From contig JAJTIE010000018.1 in NCBI GenBank assembly GCA_021300195.1, positions 14,524-78,523 on the forward strand: a DNA stretch of 64,000 nt. The letters run 5' to 3'. Under the pieces are notes generated by a model. That model did not search any database and was not told the origin of the DNA. It saw nothing but the letters and a program-made list of their open reading frames with translations. Positions 1-9,575 of the stretch are shown piece after piece (position 1 is the stretch's first letter; the number at the start of each line of letters is the position of its first letter). Source of the DNA: Bacteroidota bacterium (GTDB lineage Bacteria; Bacteroidota; Bacteroidia; J057; JAJTIE01). Made by a program: the position numbers and the translations under genes.

Positions 1-397
1 TACCCCCTGCTTTCTCTACTCGGTCCAGAATGGGCTGCACATCCTTGCCGCCCTTCAGGTAAATCAGGGTACCCCCTGCACCCGGTTTCATCTTGGGGTG
101 GACGGAAATGTGGCCAGACAGGCCGTGCTGCTCGCGGGCCGGGAAGAAGGCCATCTCCGACTCGCCCGCTCCCTGCTTCTGCTTCTCCACTTTCAGCTCT
201 ACACCCAGGATGGTGTTGTAGAATTTTACGGCACGCTGCAGGTTGGTTGCTGGTATTTCAAACCAGGCCATATCAGGCATCGGCGGGGCGGGTTTCTCTT
301 CGGGGGCTTTTTCTGCCTGTTCTTTCGGTTTTTCGCCTGCACAGGCCACGGCTGCTACAGCCAGCAGTGCAAATAGGAGGTAATTGAGTTTTTTCAT
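1..397 (-). CDS. VOC/glyoxalase-fold lipoprotein (partial, runs off the window start)
   Basis: Not in the ORF track because it is truncated. The complement ATG at 397-395 gives MKKLNYLLFALLAVAAVACAGEK..., a signal peptide with a lipobox Cys. WFEIPATNLQRAVKFYNTILGVEL follows and is paralogous to the next gene. A TAccTTTG box lies on the minus strand at 426-433. Confidence 0.6.
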   Translation of the reverse strand, partial: MKKLNYLLFALLAVAAVACAGEKPKEQAEKAPEEKPAPPMPDMAWFEIPATNLQRAVKFYNTILGVELKVEKQKQGAGESEMAFFPAREQHGLSGHISVHPKMKPGAGGTLIYLKGGKDVQPILDRVEKAGG

Positions 398-511
398 GTT
401 ATGTAAGCGTAGAGGTAATTAGCTGCAAAGGTACACAAAAAAGCATCCGGGGAGAGAGTGCGCCCCTGCCCCGGATGGGGTGGAAACCGGGCTGCGGTAC
501 AGGCGTGTACG

Positions 512-901
512 CTAGCTCAGGTCATGCAGGCCCACCACATTGCCTTCAGTGTCCTTCATCAGGGCAATGTGCCCCAGGTGCTCGCCCAGCGAGGTCTTGG
601 GCATTAGCACCATGCCCCCCTGCTGCGGTACGGCAGAGAGAACCTGATCCAGCCTGCCGGTAACGTCCAGATACACCACGGTGCCCGTAGTGGCCGGCTT
701 GTGCATATCGCTCTTTACCAGCGCGCCGCCCACACCGCCTTCCTGCTGCTGGTAGGGTAGCATGGCCATTTTCATGTTGCTTTTTTCTCCGGCCATGGTG
801 GTGGCCTCCAGCTTCGCGTTTAGCAGGGTTCCATAGTAGCTCATGGCTCTATCCAGGTCGGCTGCCGGAATTTCAAACCAGGTTAGGGTGTTTTTCATCA
901 T
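512..901 (-). CDS. VOC (glyoxalase/bleomycin-resistance/dioxygenase fold) family protein
   Basis: 129 aa. WFEIPAADLDRAMSYYGTLL is typical of small VOC-family proteins. It is a tandem paralogue of the partial gene at 1-397. Confidence 0.75.
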   Translation of the reverse strand: MMKNTLTWFEIPAADLDRAMSYYGTLLNAKLEATTMAGEKSNMKMAMLPYQQQEGGVGGALVKSDMHKPATTGTVVYLDVTGRLDQVLSAVPQQGGMVLMPKTSLGEHLGHIALMKDTEGNVVGLHDLS

Positions 902-1027
902 TATTTTGATTTATAGAAGATAATAGAAGAATCTGTTTTATCCGTACTTTGGTCATTGGTCGGATAAAGCACGAAGGTAAGGGGGCCGTAAGAAGCGTGC
1001 CACAAAAAAGCACCCAAGCCGGAAAAC

Positions 1028-2092
1028 ATGATGCCAAACTGGAATATAGACTGGCTGAAACCCCAAAGGCACATTAGCTGGATCCGTTGGTTGAGCCTGC
1101 TGATCTTTGCCCTGCTGGTGCCCAGCCTGAGTGGTTTTATCGCCTACGGCATTTTTTCCGCTCAGGGGTACGTGCTCCTGTATGGGTGGTGTTTTCTGTA
1201 CGCGGCCTTTGTGTGGGAACTGAACCTGCGCCTATTGCGCTGGCTGCTGGCGCACGAACCCCGGAGCGAGCAGCGCACCTGGCGTATGGTGCGCTGGCTG
1301 CTAGCGCACAGCGTGCTGACCGCCGCCCTCAGCGTTGGCGGCGTTGCGCTTACCTGCTGGCTATTCACCATCCCCTACGTGTGGGACATTCAACAGCGAA
1401 ACCTGCTGTTCCTAATCCCCAGTGTGCTGGTGGTGGGGCATTACTACGAAACAGCTTTTCACCTAAGCAAAACCCAGGAGCTGGCCCTGAAACAGGCCCA
1501 GCTAGCCCAGGCCAGCAGCGAGGCCCGGCTTCAGGCTCTGATGCAGCAGGTAGACCCTCATTTTCTGTTCAATAGCCTGAATGTGCTGCTACAGCTGATG
1601 GAGGAAGATGTAGCACGAGCCGAAGACTTTGTGCAGCACCTGAGCCAGCTGTATCGCTACGTGCTGGAGCATGGCAAGCAGCCCCTGGTGCTGCTGGAGG
1701 AGGAGCTGGGCATCCTGGCACACTACGAGGCCCTGATGCAGCTACGCTTTGGCCATAGCTTTCGGCTGGAGTATACCCTGCAGCTCAACCCAAACGGGTA
1801 TCTGATTCCGCCAACCAGCCTGCTTACCCTGGCCGAAAATGCGCTCAAGCACAACCGGCTGTCTAGCGAATCGGCCCTATGTGTGCAGGTGCGCGAAAGC
1901 CACAGCGGGCAGCAGCGATGGCTGGAGGTAGAGAATGAGATCCGGACCAAAAATCAGCCCGACTATTCTACGCGCCTGGGGCTGGAAAACCTGCGGGGGC
2001 GCTACCTGCTGGCCACTCGGCAGCTGATAGAGGTGCGGGCCAGTGCCACACACTTTCTGGTTCGGCTCCCACTGGTTGAGGTATACCGATGA
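1028..2092 (+). CDS. Sensor histidine kinase, LytS/YehU (His_kinase) type
   Basis: The N-terminus has several TM helices. The QVDPHFLFNSLN phospho-acceptor box and a C-terminal HATPase-like region (NALKHN) follow. The stop overlaps the response-regulator start (ATGA). Confidence 0.8.
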   Translation: MMPNWNIDWLKPQRHISWIRWLSLLIFALLVPSLSGFIAYGIFSAQGYVLLYGWCFLYAAFVWELNLRLLRWLLAHEPRSEQRTWRMVRWLLAHSVLTAALSVGGVALTCWLFTIPYVWDIQQRNLLFLIPSVLVVGHYYETAFHLSKTQELALKQAQLAQASSEARLQALMQQVDPHFLFNSLNVLLQLMEEDVARAEDFVQHLSQLYRYVLEHGKQPLVLLEEELGILAHYEALMQLRFGHSFRLEYTLQLNPNGYLIPPTSLLTLAENALKHNRLSSESALCVQVRESHSGQQRWLEVENEIRTKNQPDYSTRLGLENLRGRYLLATRQLIEVRASATHFLVRLPLVEVYR

Positions 2093-2841
2093 TGAAAGTA
2101 CTGATTGTAGAAGATGAACCCAGGGCCCGCGAGCGGCTGGCCCGGCTGCTACGCAAGCAGCCCAATGTGGAGGTACTGGGCTGCCTGGACAGCATAGCTG
2201 CGGCACACACCTGGTTCGAACTGAATGCGGCCCCCGACCTGGTGTTTCTGGATATAGAGCTGGGAGATGGCTCCAGCTTCGAGCTGCTCGAGAGCCTGAA
2301 ACCTGATTTCCCCATCATCTTTACCACCGCCCATGCCGGCCATGCCCTGGAGGCCTATGCCTACAACAGCGCGGCCTATCTGCTGAAGCCCTATACCGAG
2401 GCACAGCTACAGCAGGCACTGGCCAAGGTGCGCAAAACCGAGCAGCACTACACAGGTGCACGAATGGACAGCCTGCTACAGAGGCTGGAAAAGCAGGCTG
2501 CCTATAAGAAACGGGTGGTGGTGCGCAAGGGGCGAGATTTTGTAGCCCTGGAGACCCCACAGATTGCCTACCTGTTTACGGAGCAGAAGATCGTATTCGT
2601 CCGAGACACGGCCGGGAACAACTACATCTGCGAAAGGACGCTGAGTGAACTGCAGGCCGAGTTGGACCCCGATCAGTTCTACCGCGCCAACCGGCAGTTT
2701 CTGATCAACTTCTCGGCTATCGGCCGCATCTGTAGCCTGGAAAAGGGCAAGCTGAACCTGGAACTGCTACCGAAACCCAACGGGCAGGTGGTGGTGAGCC
2801 AGGAAAATGCCGCCGAATTCAAACAATGGCTGGAGCGATAA
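2089..2841 (+). CDS. LytTR-family DNA-binding response regulator
   Basis: A receiver domain (MKVLIVEDE...DLVFLDIELGDGSSFE) is followed by a C-terminal LytTR-like domain (FYRANRQFLINFSAI). Confidence 0.9.
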   Translation: MMKVLIVEDEPRARERLARLLRKQPNVEVLGCLDSIAAAHTWFELNAAPDLVFLDIELGDGSSFELLESLKPDFPIIFTTAHAGHALEAYAYNSAAYLLKPYTEAQLQQALAKVRKTEQHYTGARMDSLLQRLEKQAAYKKRVVVRKGRDFVALETPQIAYLFTEQKIVFVRDTAGNNYICERTLSELQAELDPDQFYRANRQFLINFSAIGRICSLEKGKLNLELLPKPNGQVVVSQENAAEFKQWLER

Positions 2842-2909
2842 GTGAGCCAGTAGGGTGCGGCATACGCTACCCTGTGCCACCATCTATGCAGAAATTTCTA
2901 GCTTCGTAG

Positions 2910-3794
2910 ATGATCCAGGTAGAATCGGTAACCAAGGCCTACCGCGAAAAGCGCGCCGTAGATGGTATCAGCCTAAGCGCACAGGCCGGGCAGATACTAG
3001 GCCTGCTGGGCCCTAACGGGGCCGGCAAAACCACGCTGATCCGCATGCTTACGCGCATCCTGTACCCCGACTCGGGGCGCATATGGATACAGGGCGAACC
3101 GCTGGCCGAGCACCATCAGCAGCGCATGGGCTACCTGCCCGAGGAGCGGGGCCTATACCGCAAGATGCGGGTGGACGAGCACCTGCACTACCTGCTACAG
3201 CTGAAAGGGCTAGACCGTGATGAGGCCCGAAGCCGCACCCGGCAGTGGCTGGAGCGATTTGAACTAGCAGACCGTGCCCACAGCCCAGTGCAGAGCCTGA
3301 GCAAGGGCATGCAGCAGAAGGTGCAATTCATAGCCACCGTGGCACACGAGCCCGAAATCCTGATCCTGGATGAACCCTTTAGCGGGCTAGACCCCATCAA
3401 CAGCCAGGTGCTGCAAGAGGTGATAGAAGAATGCCGGAGTACAGGCCGAACACTCATCCTGAGTACGCACCGCATGGAGCAGGCCGAGCAGCTGTGCGAC
3501 CGGCTGGCCCTTATCCACCAGGGAAAGGTGCTGTACGAGGGTAGCCTGCGGGAGCTACAGCGGCAGCACCGGCAAGACCGATACCGCTTCGGGCTGGAAG
3601 AGGAGCTGACACCCGAACTGCTGGCGGAACTGCCCGGCAGCTGGATCCTGCTGAATGAGCATACCCTGGAGGTGCAGGGCGACCGAATGGCGCTGATAGC
3701 CTGGCTGAACCAGCGCTATACACTACTGTCTTACCAGCAGCTGGTGCCCAGCCTGCATAGTCTTTTCATCCAAACTGTACAGCAGCATGCGTAA
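2910..3794 (+). CDS. ABC transporter ATP-binding protein (ABC-2/NatA-like)
   Basis: Walker A GPNGAGKTT, signature LSKGMQQK and Walker B ILILDEP are present. Confidence 0.9.
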   Translation: MIQVESVTKAYREKRAVDGISLSAQAGQILGLLGPNGAGKTTLIRMLTRILYPDSGRIWIQGEPLAEHHQQRMGYLPEERGLYRKMRVDEHLHYLLQLKGLDRDEARSRTRQWLERFELADRAHSPVQSLSKGMQQKVQFIATVAHEPEILILDEPFSGLDPINSQVLQEVIEECRSTGRTLILSTHRMEQAEQLCDRLALIHQGKVLYEGSLRELQRQHRQDRYRFGLEEELTPELLAELPGSWILLNEHTLEVQGDRMALIAWLNQRYTLLSYQQLVPSLHSLFIQTVQQHA

Positions 3795-5082
3795 ACTATG
3801 GCTGATTATTGGGCGCGAATACCGCACGCGGGTATTCACACGCGTATTTTTGTTTAGCACCCTGGGTATGCCCGTGCTGCTGGCAGGGCTTGTTTTCCTG
3901 CCCATACTGGTTACCGAAAAAAGCGATGATGGTGCCTACACCGTATTCGTACGGCAGGAGCTGCCCCTGGCCCACTTGCTGGCCGAGCACGGGCATGAAC
4001 GCTTTACGTTCATCTCCGTACCAGATGATCAGCGGGCCCTGGCCCGGCGCATTCGGGCCTTGCCGAACAGCATAGGCATCTATGCCATGGGCGCGCCCAA
4101 CCTGAAGCACCCCCATGTGGCCTACTACACGCACGGCCAACCAGGGGCTGCCACCCTGGGCGAGCTGAAGCAGACCCTGAACGAACTGTACAAGGAGGAA
4201 AAACTGGTGGCTGCCGGGGTGCCACGCAGCCAGCTGGCACAGACCGAGCTGGACCTGAGCTTTGGCGGCACCCGCCTATCCGAGGCGGGCGAAGAGGCCG
4301 GAAACCAGGGTCTGGGCTATGCCGTGGGCTACGCCATGGCCCTACTCAACTATATCCTGCTCATCATCTATGGCCTTATGGTCATGCGGGGGGTGATGGA
4401 GGAGAAGATAAACCGGATTGTGGAAGTGGTGATCAGCTCGGTGCGGCCCTTCCAGCTGATGCTGGGCAAGCTGCTAGGCATAGGCGCGGTAGGGCTTACG
4501 CAGTTTGCCATCTGGGGTGTGCTGCTAGCCTGCCTGCTGATAATTGGCGGGGGCATGCTGGCAGTGGGGGGCGGCATGCCGGGCACACCCGAGCTGGCCA
4601 CACAGCTGGCAGCGGCACCAGATGGCAGGGAGGCACAGGTAGTGCGGCAGATGCTAGCGCTTATAGATGCAAAACTGCTGCTGCTCTTCGGCTTCTTTTT
4701 CCTGACCGGCTTCCTGCTGTACGGCAGCCTGTTTGCCGCCCTGGGCAGCGCTGCTGATCAGGAGAGCGATAGCCAGAACCTCAGCGGCTTTGTGATGCTG
4801 CCCATCATGCTCCCACTACTGTTCCTGGGGGCTATCATAAACGACCCTCATGGCACACTGGCAGTCAGCATGAGCCTGATTCCGCTCTTTGCGCCTGTGG
4901 CCATGATGGCGCGCTATGCCGGTGCAGACGTACCTGCCTGGCAGCTACTGCTCAGCATGGGGCTGATGCTAGCCAGTGTATGGGGGTCCGTCTGGCTATC
5001 GGCCCGCGTTTACCGCGTGGGGATGCTGATGTATGGCAAGAAACCCAGCCTGCGCGAAATCCTCCGGTGGGCACGCGGCTAG
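3787..5082 (+). CDS. ABC-2 type transporter permease (NatB-like)
   Basis: An N-terminal TM helix and a large extracytoplasmic loop are followed by a C-terminal multi-TM ABC-2 membrane domain. The start overlaps the ATPase gene. Confidence 0.75.
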   Translation: MRKLWLIIGREYRTRVFTRVFLFSTLGMPVLLAGLVFLPILVTEKSDDGAYTVFVRQELPLAHLLAEHGHERFTFISVPDDQRALARRIRALPNSIGIYAMGAPNLKHPHVAYYTHGQPGAATLGELKQTLNELYKEEKLVAAGVPRSQLAQTELDLSFGGTRLSEAGEEAGNQGLGYAVGYAMALLNYILLIIYGLMVMRGVMEEKINRIVEVVISSVRPFQLMLGKLLGIGAVGLTQFAIWGVLLACLLIIGGGMLAVGGGMPGTPELATQLAAAPDGREAQVVRQMLALIDAKLLLLFGFFFLTGFLLYGSLFAALGSAADQESDSQNLSGFVMLPIMLPLLFLGAIINDPHGTLAVSMSLIPLFAPVAMMARYAGADVPAWQLLLSMGLMLASVWGSVWLSARVYRVGMLMYGKKPSLREILRWARG

Positions 5083-6359
5083 GCACGCTTCAGGGTAAGG
5101 ACGGTTATCTCGGGCAGGATGCCCACACGGCCCTGGTAGCCAATGAAGCCAAAGCCCCGGTTTACATACAGCTGCTGGGCATCCGCCTGGTACAGGCCCG
5201 CCCACTGCCTGTATAGCCACTGCACAGGGCTGAAGCGGAACCAGGGGTTCTCGGTACCGAACTGCATACCGTGTGTGTGCCCACTGAGGGTGAGGGCTAT
5301 GTGTGGAAAGGCGGGCCGCACCTCGGCATCCCAGTGGCTGGGGTCGTGGCTCATCAGCAGGTGGCAGGGCAGGTCCTCGCTGCCCTGCATGGCCTGGGCC
5401 AGGCGCCCATGGCTAGGGAAGCGGGTGCTGGCGCTCCAGTTTTCCACCCCCACCAGGGCTATTTCATCTTCGCCCCGCTTCAGGCGCACATGCTCATTCA
5501 GCAGCAGGCGCCAGCCCATGCTGGCATGCAGGTCTTTCAGGGCCTGCAGGTTTTCGGCCTTAGCCTGGGCACTGGGCCACTCGCTGTAGTCGCCATAGTC
5601 GTGGTTGCCCAGTATGCTGTATACACCCAAGGGTGCCCGCAGGCGGGCAAAGCTATCTTTCCAGGGGCCCATCTCCACGGCTCGGTCATTCACCAGGTCG
5701 CCCGTAAACAGGATGAGGTCGGGCTGCTCGGCCAGCACACGGTCTATGCCGGCATTCACGGCCTGGTGGTTGCCCAGGCTGCCGGCGTGGATGTCGCTCA
5801 GCTGCACCACCCGCAGCCCGTCAAAGGCAAGGGGCAGCCCGGGCAGGCGCAGGGTATGGCGGCGGGTTTGGTAGGCATAGGCGTTCCGGTAGCCCAGCAG
5901 CATTACCCCATACAGGGTGCCGGCCAGGCCCAGGCCCAGCCAGCTGAGAAAGGTGGAACGAGAGATGGGCACGCCGGGTGCCGGGGCAGCAGCCACGGCC
6001 TGGTAGCCCCACAGCATCAGCCGGCGGGTATCGTCCAGCAGCAGGGGCAGGGTGCCTATCAGCTTGGCAAGGTAGATGCCGATGATGGAAGAAAAAGCAT
6101 ACACAGCCAGGCTGCCCCCACGCAGGGCACTGGGGCCGGGGCCACTGCTGAGCGCGATGCCCACAAACCACAGCAGCACCAGGGTACTAAATAGCCAGTA
6201 GCCATACTGGACCACCGTGCGGGTACGACCGGCAGCAGGCAGCAGGGCACGCACCGATTGGTAGAAGTACAGGTCGATCAGCACAAAAAGAAAGACCAGA
6301 ATGAAAACAGAGGTAAGCGAGCGCACTTTCTTATTCTTGTTAGTAGCCAGCGGAAACAA
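5079..6359 (-). CDS. Membrane-anchored metallophosphoesterase (YkuE-like)
   Basis: The N-terminus has several TM helices. Calcineurin-like motifs follow: LSDIHAG, GDLVND, GNHDYG and SGHTHG. Confidence 0.8.
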   Translation of the reverse strand: MFPLATNKNKKVRSLTSVFILVFLFVLIDLYFYQSVRALLPAAGRTRTVVQYGYWLFSTLVLLWFVGIALSSGPGPSALRGGSLAVYAFSSIIGIYLAKLIGTLPLLLDDTRRLMLWGYQAVAAAPAPGVPISRSTFLSWLGLGLAGTLYGVMLLGYRNAYAYQTRRHTLRLPGLPLAFDGLRVVQLSDIHAGSLGNHQAVNAGIDRVLAEQPDLILFTGDLVNDRAVEMGPWKDSFARLRAPLGVYSILGNHDYGDYSEWPSAQAKAENLQALKDLHASMGWRLLLNEHVRLKRGEDEIALVGVENWSASTRFPSHGRLAQAMQGSEDLPCHLLMSHDPSHWDAEVRPAFPHIALTLSGHTHGMQFGTENPWFRFSPVQWLYRQWAGLYQADAQQLYVNRGFGFIGYQGRVGILPEITVLTLKRA

Positions 6360-6494
6360 GGATGTGCCTGCTCAAAACCAGAAACGTATAGAAAAGTTCA
6401 TCGGCAAGCACAGATGCGCACAGCACAGGAGTCGGGCAAGACACGCCCGAAAATGCAACGGAAACCTCTGTAGCTCCGTACAGCAGGCAGCCAG

Positions 6495-7649
6495 CTATTC
6501 GGCCCCGAAAAACTCCTTCATCTTGGCGAAGAAGCCTTTTTCTTGCTTGCCCGGGTTGGGTACAAAGTTTTCGCTCTGCCGTAGCTTGTCCAGCAGCTTC
6601 CTTTCTTCCGAGCTCAGGCTGCGGGGGGTCCATACATTGATGTGGACCAGCTGGTCGCCCGCCCCATAGCCATTGATGTTGGGTATGCCCTTACCCTTCA
6701 GGCGTTTGATCTCACCACTCTGGGTGCCAGCCTCTACGCGGAACCGGGCCTTGCCATCCAGGGTGGGCACCTCTACGCTGGTACCCAGGGCGGCATCGGC
6801 AAAGTTGAGGTAGAGGTCGTAGATCACGTTTTCGCCATCGCGTACCAGCGTTTCGTGCGGGATCTCCTCAAACTGGACGAGCAAGTCTCCTGCCTCTCCG
6901 CCGCGCTTGCCCACATTACCCTGGCCCCGCATGCTCAGCTGCATGCCATCGCTCACCCCAGCGGGTATCTTTACAGTTAGGCTGTCTTCGCGCTCTATGC
7001 GGCCCTCGCCCGCACAGTTCATGCAGGCTTTGGTAATGATCTTGCCCTCGCCGCCACAGGCGGGGCAGGCCGATACAACAATCTGGCTGAAGAAGCCTCC
7101 GCCTACCTGCTGGCGTACCTCGCCCACACCACTACAGGTACTGCAGGTCTGGAAGCTGCCATTGTCATAGGCACCGGTGCCCGTGCAGGTGGGGCAGCCC
7201 ACATGCCGCCGGATCTTGATCTTTTTCTCCACGCCCTTGGCTATCTCCTCCAGGCTAAGGCGTAGCTTTATGCGCAGGTCGCTGCCCCGCTGGCCCTGTC
7301 TGCGGCGGCCGCGGCCACTGCGGTTGCCGCCGAAGAAGCCCTCGAAGCCCGTACCTTCGAATATGTCGGAGAATCGGTTGAAAATGTCGGAAAAGTCCGC
7401 GGCACCGCCTGCGGAGCCCTGTTCATTTACGCCGGCATGGCCATACTGGTCGTATCGGGCTTTCTTGTTGGCATCGCTCAGCACCTCGTAGGCCTGGCTC
7501 GCTTCCTTAAATTTTTCTTCCGCCTCCTTATTCCCGGGGTTTTTGTCCGGGTGGTACTGGATAGCCAGCCTGCGGTAGGCACGCTTTATCTCATCGCCCT
7601 GGGCTGTGCGGGCCACCCCCAGCACTTCGTAGTAATCTCTTCGGGTCAT
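6495..7649 (-). CDS. dnaJ: Molecular chaperone DnaJ
   Basis: J-domain with HPD (YHPDKNPG), a G/F-rich linker, four CxxCxGxG zinc-finger repeats, and a C-terminal substrate-binding domain. Confidence 0.97.
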   Translation of the reverse strand: MTRRDYYEVLGVARTAQGDEIKRAYRRLAIQYHPDKNPGNKEAEEKFKEASQAYEVLSDANKKARYDQYGHAGVNEQGSAGGAADFSDIFNRFSDIFEGTGFEGFFGGNRSGRGRRRQGQRGSDLRIKLRLSLEEIAKGVEKKIKIRRHVGCPTCTGTGAYDNGSFQTCSTCSGVGEVRQQVGGGFFSQIVVSACPACGGEGKIITKACMNCAGEGRIEREDSLTVKIPAGVSDGMQLSMRGQGNVGKRGGEAGDLLVQFEEIPHETLVRDGENVIYDLYLNFADAALGTSVEVPTLDGKARFRVEAGTQSGEIKRLKGKGIPNINGYGAGDQLVHINVWTPRSLSSEERKLLDKLRQSENFVPNPGKQEKGFFAKMKEFFGAE

Positions 7650-7696
7650 GTCTTTTCCTTAAACTGATCTGCAGGGAGCCTGCTGGTGGGCGCTTA

Positions 7697-8203
7697 CTAC
7701 TCTCCGGTTATCACCTTGGCGTAGCGGATCACCCGCTCCTGGTATCGGTAGCCTTTTTCTATTACCTCTATCACCTTTCCCTTTTTCTCTGCCTCTTGGG
7801 CGGGCAGGCTGGCAATGGCCTCGTGTAGCTCTGTGTCAAACACTTGGCCCATGGCATCTATGGTCTGCACGCCTTGTTTTTCCAGGGTGCTGTTCAGGTT
7901 TTTGTGCACCAGTTTCAGGCTTTTTATCAGGGCCTCGGGCTCGCTGGTTTCGGCCACGGCCAGGGTACGGTCCAGGTCGTCCAGCAGGGGGAGCAGGGCC
8001 TTCAGCAGCTGGGTGTTTCCATACTTCAGCAGGTCCTCCTTCTCACGGTTGGTGCGGCGCCGGAAGTTGTCAAACTCGGCAGCCAGGCGTACATAGCGGT
8101 CTTGCCAGTCGGTGGCTTCTTCGCCCCGGCCGTGCCCGGCTTCGGGCTCGGGCTTCTCATTTGGCTCTTGCTCGGCCTGCTTTTCCAGTTCTTTCTCGCT
8201 CAT
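7697..8203 (-). CDS. grpE: Nucleotide exchange factor GrpE
   Basis: RLAAEFDNFRRRTNREKE is the GrpE signature. The gene lies immediately upstream of dnaJ on the same strand. Confidence 0.95.
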   Translation of the reverse strand: MSEKELEKQAEQEPNEKPEPEAGHGRGEEATDWQDRYVRLAAEFDNFRRRTNREKEDLLKYGNTQLLKALLPLLDDLDRTLAVAETSEPEALIKSLKLVHKNLNSTLEKQGVQTIDAMGQVFDTELHEAIASLPAQEAEKKGKVIEVIEKGYRYQERVIRYAKVITGE

Positions 8204-8310
8204 CGGGATGTCGTTAATTCAGATAAAGGACGTTCATCGACTCTTGTTCCCCATCAAACACCTTGCCGAAGCCAGCTGCGCAATCCGACATCCGGGGTCC
8301 CTGGGGGTAT

Positions 8311-8823
8311 CTAGTAATTGTATTTCTCCTTGAAATAGGCCCATTCCAGATAGGTGTGGGCATTTTCGCCAAAGTAGACGAGGAGTTTTTTCATCATCCC
8401 CGGGTCCAGATAACCGCGTACGGGCGACAGGATTTCCTGCTTTTCTGACAAAATGACTGTAGTGGGATACTCCATTTTGCCCTCCAGCAGCTGGTAGGCC
8501 AGGCCATGGCAGTTCTCGGTTTGCATCCAGCCGTAGCGCTTGCCCTGAAAACTAGCGGTCTCCTTGCTCCAGGCATTCAGCTTGACAGGTACGAAATGCT
8601 GCTCCAGGTAGCGGATGATCTTGGGATCTTGAAAAGACTGCTTTTCCATAATCTTGCACCAGGCGCACCAATCGGTATACACATAAATCCATACCTTTTT
8701 GCCCTCCCGCTTGGCCTTTGCCACGGCGGTATCCAGGTCATACCAGCCTATGGCCTCATTCCCCGCAGGGGCAAAGGCCGCACACAGGGCAAGGAGTAGA
8801 AAAGCTATCAGCCCTCTCTTCAT
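8311..8823 (-). CDS. Secreted thioredoxin-fold protein
   Basis: Signal peptide MKRGLIAFLLLALCAAFA and the CxxC motif DWCAWCK are present. A TAccTTTG box lies 4 nt upstream of the ATG. Confidence 0.7.
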   Translation of the reverse strand: MKRGLIAFLLLALCAAFAPAGNEAIGWYDLDTAVAKAKREGKKVWIYVYTDWCAWCKIMEKQSFQDPKIIRYLEQHFVPVKLNAWSKETASFQGKRYGWMQTENCHGLAYQLLEGKMEYPTTVILSEKQEILSPVRGYLDPGMMKKLLVYFGENAHTYLEWAYFKEKYNY

Positions 8824-8827
8824 AACG

Positions 8828-8835
8828 CAAAGGTA
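8828..8835 (-). promoter_or_regulatory. Bacteroidota-type -7 promoter box (TAccTTTG)
   Basis: The reverse complement of caaaggta is TACCTTTG, matching the TAnnTTTG consensus. It lies 4 nt upstream of the start codon at 8823, which implies a near-leaderless mRNA. Confidence 0.45.
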
Positions 8836-8936
8836 CGCAATGGCTGGCTGAAAGGCCAGCGCGTAGGGGCTCGACCCCGCCAGCAGCGAGTTGAACCTTT
8901 CGGGCCAGCCACTTGTAGGGGAATAATCAACTCCAT

Positions 8937-9161
8937 TTGCTGCCTATGCAACCACCCAAGCACAAAATGGCTGTGCTGATCTGGCTAGCCATTTATCCCA
9001 TGATTACCCTACTGCTGGCGGTGCTGGGGCCGGCACTGGCCGGGCTGCCACTGCCGCTGCGCTCGCTAGTACTCTCGCTTATCCTGGTGCCCTATATGGT
9101 GTTTGTGGGTATTCCTACGGTAACACGCGTATTCCGCAAGTGGCTGTGGCGACAGGGCTAG
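8937..9161 (+). CDS. Small hypothetical membrane protein (2 predicted TM helices)
   Basis: 74-aa ORF with two hydrophobic stretches. No family was recognised. Confidence 0.35.
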   Translation: MLPMQPPKHKMAVLIWLAIYPMITLLLAVLGPALAGLPLPLRSLVLSLILVPYMVFVGIPTVTRVFRKWLWRQG

Positions 9162-9194
9162 CCGTGCGTGCCGCTTCGTGCTAGCTTTGCGGGC

Positions 9195-9575
9195 ATGAAA
9201 CCATGGATACTCGCCATCGCTGCGGCCCTGGGCCTCAGTGGGGTGGCACTCGGGGCCTTTGGGGCCCATGGGCTAAAGGGGGTGCTGAACCAGGCCCAGC
9301 TGGCTACTTTTGATACGGCCGTGCGCTACCAGCTGTACCACGCCCTGGTGCTGGTGGGTGTTTCGCTTATACCCACAGGCATGGCCCAGCGCAGCTGGGC
9401 AGCCCGGCTGCTGGTGGCCGGTGTGCTGCTGTTTAGCGGCAGCCTGTATCTCTACCTGGCTGGTGGCCCACGGTGGCTGGTGTATGTAACACCTGCAGGC
9501 GGCCTGTGCCTGATGCTGGGCTGGCTGCTGCTGCTGCTCACCGCCCTGCGGCTGCACCGGCGGCCACAGGCCTAG
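9195..9575 (+). CDS. DUF423 (YgdD-like) membrane protein
   Basis: MKPWILAIAAALGLSGVALGAFGAHGLKG is the typical DUF423 N-terminus, and four TM helices follow. The internal ATG at 9195 is preferred over the track start at 9168. Confidence 0.75.
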   Translation: MKPWILAIAAALGLSGVALGAFGAHGLKGVLNQAQLATFDTAVRYQLYHALVLVGVSLIPTGMAQRSWAARLLVAGVLLFSGSLYLYLAGGPRWLVYVTPAGGLCLMLGWLLLLLTALRLHRRPQA

